From Blastocystis sp. Blastoise (lineage: Eukaryota; Protista; Bigyra: Opalinata), in assembly GCA_039096225.1 (NCBI GenBank), contig JBBPEB010000019.1, positions 356,344-420,343 on the forward strand: a stretch of 64,000 bases of DNA, given 5' to 3'. A program made the position numbers and the translations under genes. Numbering within the stretch: position 1 is the stretch's first letter; each line of letters opens with the position of its first letter. Below, one piece after another: positions 54,596 through 64,000 of the stretch. The notes beneath the pieces were generated by a model. It did not search any database. It was not told the origin of the DNA and saw only the letters and a list, made by a program, of their open reading frames with translations.

Positions 54596-55614
54596 CTAGG
54601 GTAACGCCGCTGGCGCACCGCCTAACGGCGACGCGCCGCGGCTGCGTTGTGCAGTTGGGTTTTAAAATTATTTCTTTAACTTTATTGAACAAAACAACCT
54701 TGTTTATTATAAACATTTAAAAAACAAATAAAAAGTGAAGAAGTAATAGATTAAAAAGAAAAAAATAATTAACAAACATAAAACAAAAACAAACAAATAT
54801 AACAAAAGAAGAAAAAAGAAAAAAATAAAGCATTTAATTATTTAGAGTAGACCTGAAGACCACGTTCTTAGTAAATATTTCATTACTACTACTAATCATC
54901 TTACCTTGAGAGACACTATCAACTACCTTAATAAAAAGAGCGTTGAAAGATCGAGCACGACTGAAAGCAACATAGAGTTGACCATGAGAGAAGACAGGAC
55001 GATCTAAGTAAACACCAACTCTTTCAAATGTTTGTCCTTGAGATTTGTTGATAGTCATGGCAAAGGCTAAACGAATAGGAAATTGTCTTCTGGATATAAT
55101 AATAGGAAGATCTTCAGGATTTGAATTACAGATGATTCTTGGAATAATAACAGTTTGTTCATCAATAGTAAGAGAAGGAGGAGGATTTAAAATAGTAGCA
55201 GTAATATTATTTGATCCTAATCGAGTTACTATAAGTCTAGTACCATTACATAATCCTTTAGAAGGATTAAGATTTCTTAAAAGCATAATGATACAACCTA
55301 TTTTTAAATTTAATATATGAGGAGGCATTCCAGAAGGTGTTTGAGAATTGATAAACTCGATAGGATAATTTGATTCTGGATCATCTGTTTCAGAATCAAG
55401 AATAGAATCAGAAGAGATATAAGGAGTAGTAGTTCCAGAAAGAAGATTATCAACAATGAAATCATTTAAAGTACCAACACAATCATTAGTAGAAGCTAAT
55501 ATAACAGAAGAAGCTAATCGTTTGATATCAGAATCAAGAGAAGTATTGATTCGATGTCCAAATACAGTAACACATAAATCATCATTCACAATACATTGAG
55601 GAGGAATAGGAATA
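54596..55614 (-). mobile_element. Helitron copy 2, 3' 1.0-kb portion, interrupted by copy 3
   Basis: Near-identical to 42514-43530, including hairpin, CTAG end and helicase C-terminus. Confidence 0.95.
54834..55614 (-). pseudogene. RepHel helicase C-terminal fragment of copy 2
   Basis: Translation matches the C-terminal ~250 aa of copy 1; cut at GGAATA^TC. Confidence 0.9.
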
Positions 55615-57642
55615 TCATTACTATATATATGAGAATAGGCAAAAAAATTCCCATTGGTCAGTTTTTGGAAAAACCATTTGATTGGCTAATGTATACTATA
55701 GTTTGTCGCCGCAACTCCTCTAAACTTACGGGGAGTTAACTTTTGGCTGAAACACAGTTCAATACGATATAACGTGTAGTTGTGCACCGTATATTTGGTT
55801 AAGCGATATTATTAATAATTAAAAAGTTATTAATAAAAAAACAGAAAACATGATTTTTGAGTCGTTTTTGATTGGCTCTTTGGGATCATCCCGATAAAAA
55901 TTGTTGACCAGACAATTGGAAAATAAACATGGGGTAAACTTGATTTTTTCTCAATCCCACAATATACGTTATCCGTGTTTATTCTTTATATTTATCTACT
56001 TTTTAATACTTTTTCATATTGAACACGTGAGGCCTTAACGGTCAAATTTAGATTCTTATTTTGACATGATATTCTGATTCAGGAGGTCGAAAAACCTAGG
56101 TGTACCAATTTTGAGCTCCTGAGGACGATTTTTGAGTGATCGATATTTTCTTTGATCTTCTTATAATCAACTAATATTGTAGTATTGTAATCAATAGGTC
56201 ATCAAACTACTATATCTAAAACAAAGTCTTAAAATAATGAGTTTTAGTGTCACAATTTTGAAAAGTGTGAATTAAGTGGTCTTAGAGTGAGAGATTCAAT
56301 ATAATGACTTTTATTTAGTAAACTAGAGATAATACTCTATTCTATGTTAAAAGGAAAGTCAAAATTATGAAGGTCAAAGTGTATGACCAAATGACAAAAT
56401 GTGTCTTAAAAAGTAAAATGGTTTATATATGTGTATAGAATCTTATATCAAGTCTATTCTATGAATAATAGCTTTAAATAAATAGTTTAAGGTTGTCAAA
56501 TTTAAAAGAATGTGTAAAACATAGTCTTAAACTGTGAATAAAAAATTTAGAGATATTAATTAGTATACAGCTGTAGTAGCTCTACAACATATCAAAAGTA
56601 CAAAGAAAATAATTTTTAGAGAGTGGATGTGTGAGGTGTTGTGACTATTATTTAAAATTTATTTTCACTTCAGTTTATATAAAATCGTGAATTTCGTGCA
56701 TTGTAGAAAAATTGAGTCAAAATATCAACTCTAAGGGTCTTAAATTTTGAAAAATGTAAAAATGAGTGACTTAGAGGACGAGATTCAAAATAAGAGCTTT
56801 TATTCATTAAACTAGAGTGTATGATCTATATTATATTAAAAGAAGGGACGAAAATGTTTTGATCAAAGTGTATGAGCAAATGGTAAAGTGTCTTTAAAAG
56901 TGTTATGATGATGACAGTTGTGTATATAGGTTTAAATCAAGTCTACTCTTAAAATATTAGCTTTAAATAGCAAGTTAAAGGTTGTCTATTTGTCAAAATG
57001 TTTTAAAGACTGTCCTAAAATAAGAGATTCAAGAAGTTGACTTTCATTTTATACATTATATGTCTATATAAACACTTTACTAAAAGAACTTTGGAAAATA
57101 TTGTGGATGAGTGTTTTATCAAATGGTAAAGTTGTATCAAGAGTTGATTGTTTTCATTCCTTTTAGTATAAATCAATGTTTTGTGTCTACTCTTTAAAAC
57201 TAACCATTTAACACTGAGTTTAAAGTTTTAAAGTCAACATGTGTGTTTGGTTTGTTTACTTTTAATTATTAAAATTGAGTTTAAATCAATAAAACAAGTT
57301 TAACACATGTATTTTGATTGATATAATCAGTTTTAAGATGACTTGGCTGTTTAAGTATAAATGGATTTGTTCTCATTGTGACTGTTGTTGAGAAGAGTAA
57401 GTCTAAAAAAACTATAAAAAGTTAGATATATATATATATAAGGTCAAAATTGAAAAGTATAAATTAAACTGGATTAAAATAAATTTAAAAAAGAGAATAT
57501 ATATATATAATAATATATAAATAAAATATTTAAAAAAAGAAAAATAAGACTTCATGTCAGGAATTGAACCTGAAAACAATCTATAATGATTGCTTCTCTC
57601 CTTCCAGAGCATAAAGGGAGTTTAAAGAGTAATAATAATAAT

Positions 57643-57680
<38 letters not shown>

Positions 57681-58064
57681 GGAATGAAGGAAGTAGGAAG
57701 AATGTGGAAGTAGGAAGTAGGAAGAAAGAAGAAGGAAGGATGAAGGATGAAGGAAGAAGGAAGAAGTAGGAAGAAGGATGAAGGAAGAAGAAGGAAGAAG
57801 GAAGAAGTAGGATGAAGAAAGAAGGATGAGGAAGTAGGAAGAAGAAGGAAGAAGAAGGAAGAAGGAAGAATGACGGATGAGGAAGTAGGAAGTAGGAAGG
57901 AAGAATGAAGAATGAAGAATGAAGAATGAAGAATGAGGAAGAAGGTAGTAGGAAGGATAAGGAAGAAGTAAAATGAAGTAGAAAGAAGGAAGAAAGAAGA
58001 AAAAGGAACAAGAAGACTATTAAACCTATATACAATAGAAAAAATATAAAAAGATAACATAAAA

Positions 58065-58095
<31 letters not shown>

Positions 58096-58299
58096 AATAA
58101 ATAAATAAATATAATAAATATAATAAATATAATAAATATAATAAATAAATAAAAAACATAAATAAATAAATAAATAAATAAATATAATAAATAAATAAAT
58201 ATAATAAATAAATAAATAAATATAATAAATAAATATATATAAATATAATAAATATAATAAATAAATAAATAAATATAATAAATAAATAAATAAATATAA

Positions 58300-58330
<31 letters not shown>

Positions 58331-59869
58331 AAAACATAAATAATAAATAATAAAAATGAAAACAATAAATAAAATATAAATATATACCTAATAGAATAAT
58401 CTGAAACCACAGACTAAGAAGAACGACATGAAAAAACGAAGACCACAACACATCAACAACATTTTCTTTCCTATAGAATAAAAATAATTAAAAACAATTT
58501 AATAGATGATATAAAAAGACAAAATAAATAATATAGATAATAAAATTAAATAATAACAAAAAGTAATTAGTAAAAAATAAACAGATGTTAAGAAATAAAT
58601 AATATATTTATATACCTGATAATAAGTAACCCATTTCACACAACCAGGACCACTTTAAGAACCACTCACCACCACAACCAAGACAAATACAAGAGAATCC
58701 TATAAAAAAGTGTATTATTATAAATAAATAAATTAATATATACAAATAAATATAAAAATAATAACTAAATAACATCAAATTAATTAATAAAACATACCCA
58801 GACAATCAATACAAACAAATATTTAAAAAATGTAAAAAACTATAGTTTTTGGGTACCCAAAATGTTTTTAATAAAAAATGTCCCTATTATCAGCTTAGCA
58901 TAAGATAATAATAAAAATTCGAGGTTATTTATGATTCCTATTAATTTTTAAATATGCATATTTTAAATATTGTCCCTATTTTACAAAAGTTCAAATATGA
59001 ATATGTTTTTGTTTTCTACATAAAAATACTTATTTTTATTAAATTATTAAATAAGATGCCTAGAAAAGGCAGAATGTCATCAAGGCGGAGGTCCTTGAAT
59101 CAAAAAAAAATACGTTTCTCAAAGACGGTCCAGTATGTATTGTATTTATTTTTTTTTTTATTATTCATATATAGGTTCTTCTACTCAACAGGATGCAAGT
59201 ATGGATGTCATTGATGGTGATGGTGCTTATCAATATGGTCTTGAAGGTATATATTTATACATTTCTTTTTGTTTTATTATTTTATATTATCTTAGACTCT
59301 TCTCTGTCCTTGGTGTCCTTTACTGATGATGGTATAATGTTTTCAAGTGGTCTTGAAGGTATGTTGTCAATCATTTGTTTTTATTTTTATATTTTTATTT
59401 ATCTATAGGTTCTTCTGTTGTTGTGGACTCTGTTGCTGGAGCTATTGATGATGATATACACTCCACTAATGGTCTTGAAGGTATGTTGTCAATCATTTAT
59501 TTTATTTTTTTTTTATTTTTATTTATCTATAGGTTCTTATACTCATGATGATGTTGTTGCTGATGCTACTGATGGTGATGCTAACTCTTCTCATGGTCTT
59601 CAAGGTATGTAATCATTTATTTATTTATTTATTTTTAATTATTTCTTTTATTTCCTATTTATATGTTATTATAGGTTCTTCTGTTGCTATGAATGTTGGT
59701 GCTGATCTTAATCATAAAGAAGGTATATATAATATATTTTCTTTTTTCTTCTTTTTGATTTACTTTTATTTTATAAATATATATAGGTCCTTCTGTTCTG
59801 ATAGTGTCTTCTGTTCATGGTACTGTATCTGATGGTGATCATCCTTCTAATGCTAAAGGTATATAGATA
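55615..59869 (+). mobile_element. Helitron copy 3, 5' 4255 bp, inverted relative to copies 1 and 2, interrupted by copy 4
   Basis: Starts TCATTACTATATATATG; reverse complement of about 50339-54593. Confidence 0.95.
59056..59858 (+). pseudogene. Exons 1-7 of the micro-exon array in copy 3, with a +1 A in exon 1
   Basis: A9 at 59102-59110 versus A8 in copy 1 shifts the frame; interrupted in intron 7. Confidence 0.7.
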
Positions 59870-61897
59870 TCATTACTATATATATGAGAATAGGCAAAAA
59901 AATTCCCATTGGTCAGTTTTTGGAAAAACCATTTGATTGGCTAATGTATACTATAGTTTGTCGCCGCAACTCCTCTAAACTTACGGGGAGTTAACTTTTG
60001 AGTGAAACACAGTTCAATACGATATAACGTGTAGTTGTGCACCGTATATTTGGTTAAGCGATATTATTAATAATTAAAAAGTTATTAATAAAAAAACAGA
60101 AAACATGATTTTTGAGTCGTTTTTGATTGGCTCTTTGGGGTGACCCCGATAAAAATTGTTGACCAGACAATTGGAAAATAAACATGGGGTAAACTTGATT
60201 TTTTCTCAATCCCACAATATACGTTATCCGTGTTTATTCTTTATATTTATCTATTTTTTAATACTTTTTCATATTGAACACGTGAGGCCTTAACGGTCAA
60301 ATTTAGATTCTTATTTTGACATGATATTCTGATTCAGGAGGTCGAAAAACCTAGGTGTACCAATTTTGAGTTCCTGAGGACGATTTTTGAGTGATCGATA
60401 TTTTCTTCGATCTTCTTATAATGGACTAATATTGTATAATGGTAATCAATAGGTCCTCAAACTACTATAGTTAAAACAAGGTCTTAAAATAATGAGTTTG
60501 AGTGTCACAATTTTGAAAAATGTGAATTAAGTGGTCTTAGAGGATAAGATTCAATATAATGACTTTTGTTTAGTAAACTAGAGATAATACTCTATTCTAT
60601 GTTAAAAGGAGAGTCAAAATTATGATGGTCAAAGTGTATCACCAAATGACAAAATGTGTCTTAAAAAGTAAAATGGTTTATATATGTGTATAGAATCTTA
60701 TATCAAGTCTATTCTATGAATAATAGCTTTAAATAAATAGTTTAAGGTTGTCAAATTTAAAAGAATGTGTAAAACATAGTCTTAAACTGTGAATAAAAAA
60801 TTTAGAGATATTAATTAGTATACAGCTGTAGTAGCTCTACAACATATCAAAAGTACAAAGAAAATAATTTTTAGAGAGTGGATGTGTGAGGTGTTGTGAC
60901 TATTATTTAAAATTTATTTTCACTTCAGTTTATATAAAATCGTGAATTTCGTGCATTGTAGAAAAATTGAGTCAAAATATCAACTCTAAGGGTCTTAAAT
61001 TTTGAAAAATGTAAAAATGAGTGACTTAGAGGACGAGATTCAAAATAAGAGCTTTTATTCATTAAACTAGAGTGTATGATCTATATTATATTAAAAGAAG
61101 GGACGAAAATGTTTTGATCAAAGTGTATGAGCAAATGGTAAAGTGTCTTTAAAAGTGTTATGATGATGACAGTTGTGTATATAGGTTTAAATCAAGTCTA
61201 CTCTTAAAATATTAGCTTTAAATAGCAAGTTAAAGGTTGTCTATTTGTCAAAATGTTTTAAAGACTGTCCTAAAATAAGAGATTCAAGAAGTTGACTTTC
61301 ATTTTATACATTATATGTCTATATAAACACTTTACTAAAAGAACTTTGGAAAATATTGTGGATGAGTGTTTTATCAAATGGTAAAGTTGTATCAAGAGTT
61401 GATTGTTTTCATTCCTTTTAGTATAAATCAATGTTTTGTGTCTACTCTTTAAAACTAACCATTTAACACTGAGTTTAAAGTTTTAAAGTCAACATGTGTG
61501 TTTGGTTTGTTTACTTTTAATTATTAAAATTGAGTTTAAATCAATAAAACAAGTTTAACACATGTATTTTGATTGATATAATCAGTTTTAAGATGACTTG
61601 GCTGTTTAAGTATAAATGGATTTGTTCTCATTGTGACTGTTGTTGAGAAGAGTAAGTCTAAAAAAACTATAAAAAGTTAGATATATATATATATAAGGTC
61701 AAAATTGAAAAGTATAAATTAAACTGGATTAAAATAAATTTAAAAAAGAGAATATATATATATAATAATATATAAATAAAATATTTAAAAAAAGAAAAAT
61801 AAGACTTCATGTCAGGAATTGAACCTGAAAACAATCTATAATGATTGCTTCTCTCCTTCCAGAGCATAAAGGGAGTTTAAAGAGTAATAATAATAAT

Positions 61898-61935
<38 letters not shown>

Positions 61936-62319
61936 GGAATGAAGGAAGTAGGAAGAATGTGGAAGTAGGAAGTAGGAAGAAAGAAGAAGGAAGGATGAAG
62001 GATGAAGGAAGAAGGAAGAAGTAGGAAGAAGGATGAAGGAAGAAGAAGGAAGAAGGAAGAAGTAGGATGAAGAAAGAAGGATGAGGAAGTAGGAAGAAGA
62101 AGGAAGAAGAAGGAAGAAGGAAGAATGACGGATGAGGAAGTAGGAAGTAGGAAGGAAGAATGAAGAATGAAGAATGAAGAATGAAGAATGAGGAAGAAGG
62201 TAGTAGGAAGGATAAGGAAGAAGTAAAATGAAGTAGAAAGAAGGAAGAAAGAAGAAAAAGGAACAAGAAGACTATTAAACCTATATACAATAGAAAAAAT
62301 ATAAAAAGATAACATAAAA

Positions 62320-62350
<31 letters not shown>

Positions 62351-62554
62351 AATAAATAAATAAATATAATAAATATAATAAATATAATAAATATAATAAA
62401 TAAATAAAAAACATAAATAAATAAATAAATAAATAAATATAATAAATAAATAAATATAATAAATAAATAAATAAATATAATAAATAAATATATATAAATA
62501 TAATAAATATAATAAATAAATAAATAAATATAATAAATAAATAAATAAATATAA

Positions 62555-62585
<31 letters not shown>

Positions 62586-62972
62586 AAAACATAAATAATA
62601 AATAATAAAAATGAAAACAATAAATAAAATATAAATATATACCTAATAGAATAATCTGAAACCACAGACTAAGAAGAACGACATGAAAAAACGAAGACCA
62701 CAACACATCAACAACATTTTCTTTCCTATAGAATAAAAATAATTAAAAACAATTTAATAGATGATATAAAAAGACAAAAATAAATAATATAGATAATAAA
62801 ATTAAATAATAACAAAAAGTAATTAGTAAAAATAAACAGATGTTAAGAAATAAATAATATATTTATATACCTGATAATAAGTAACCCATTTCACACAACC
62901 AGGACCACTTTAAGAACCACTCACCACCACAACCAAGACAAATACAAGAGAATCCTATAAAAAAGTGTATTA
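59870..62972 (+). mobile_element. Helitron copy 4, 5' 3103 bp, interrupted by copy 5
   Basis: Starts TCATTACTATATATATG; direct repeat of copy 3 at offset 4255. Confidence 0.95.
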
Positions 62973-64000
62973 TCATTACTATATATATGAGAATAGGCAA
63001 AAAAAATTCCCATTGGTCAGTTTTTGGAGAATGCATTTGATTGGCTACTATATACTATAGTTTGTCGCCGCAACTCCTCTAAACTTACGGGAAGTTAACT
63101 TTTGGTTGAAACACAGTTCAATAGGATATAACGTGTAGTTGTGCACCGTATATTTGGTTAAGCGATATTATTTATAATTAAAAAGATATTAATAAAAGAA
63201 CAGAAAACATGATTTTTGAGTCGTTTTTGATTGGCTCTTTGGGGTGACCCCGATAAAAATTGTTGACCAGACAATTGGAAAATAAACATGGGGTAAACTT
63301 GATTTTTTCTCAATCCCACAATATACGTTATCCGTGTTTATTCTTTATATTTATCTATTTTTTAATACTTTTTCATATTGAACACGTGAGGCCTTAACGG
63401 TCAAATTTAGATTGTCAATTTGACATCATATTCTGATTCAGGAGGTCAGAAAACCTAGGTGTAGCGATTTTGAGCTCCTGAAGACGATTTTTGAGTGATC
63501 GATATTTTCTTCGATCTTCTTATAATGGACTAATATTACAGCATTGTAATCAATAGGTCATCAAACTACTATAGTTAAAACAGAGTCTTAAAATAATGAG
63601 TTTAAGTATGACAATTTTGAAAAATGTGAATTAAGTGGTCTTAGAGGACAAGATTCAATACAATGACTTTTATTTAGTAAACTTGAGATATTACTCTATT
63701 CTATGTTAAAAGGAGAGTCAAAATTATGAAGATCAAAGTGTTTGACCAAATGACAAAATGTGTCTTAAATAGTAAAAGGGTTTCTATATGTGTTTAGAAT
63801 CATGTATTAAGTCTATTCTATGAATAATAGTTTTAAATAAATAGTTTAAGGTTGTCAAATTCAAAAGAATGTATAAAACATAGTCTTAAACTATGAATAA
63901 AAAAATTTAGAGATATTAATTAGTGTACAGCTGTAGTAGCTCTACAACATATCAAAAGTACAAAGAAAATAATTTTTAAAGAGTGGATGTGTAAAGGGTT
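62973..64000 (+). mobile_element. Helitron copy 5, 5' end, diverged variant, runs off the window
   Basis: Starts TCATTACTATATATATG; many substitutions relative to copies 1 and 3. Confidence 0.93.

Overview
Very AT-rich eukaryotic DNA with the standard genetic code and many short GTAT...TATAG introns. The gene content (mitoribosomal mL49, MMAA, a TSET subunit, a discoidin/Ig surface protein) fits an intron-rich protist, possibly a Blastocystis-like stramenopile; that assignment is inference only. Bases 1-39.3 kb are host genes: a giant Asn-rich zinc-ribbon/DnaJ protein, MMAA/MeaB, a TSAUCER/TASH3-like protein, tRNA-Lys, a large type I membrane protein preceded by a hAT-like MITE, an RBR-like/ZZ protein, an Sm-domain protein, mL49, kinesin-5 and steroid 5-alpha-reductase. 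From 40.1 kb on, the window is a nested transposon stack. A QRT3-like pectin-lyase-fold gene is cut at a CACTG-type terminus. That putative element is interrupted at a (TA)n tract by an apparently intact 12,080-bp Helitron (42514-54593, minus), followed by four more copies of the same family: one 2 nt from copy 1 and three nested successively at exact A^T sites. The RepHel gene can be assembled as 15 exons with all 14 introns in phase 1, including an array of ten duplicated micro-exons. The element also carries a divergent spliced transcript and two internal tandem arrays. All exon models and copy comparisons were done by eye.
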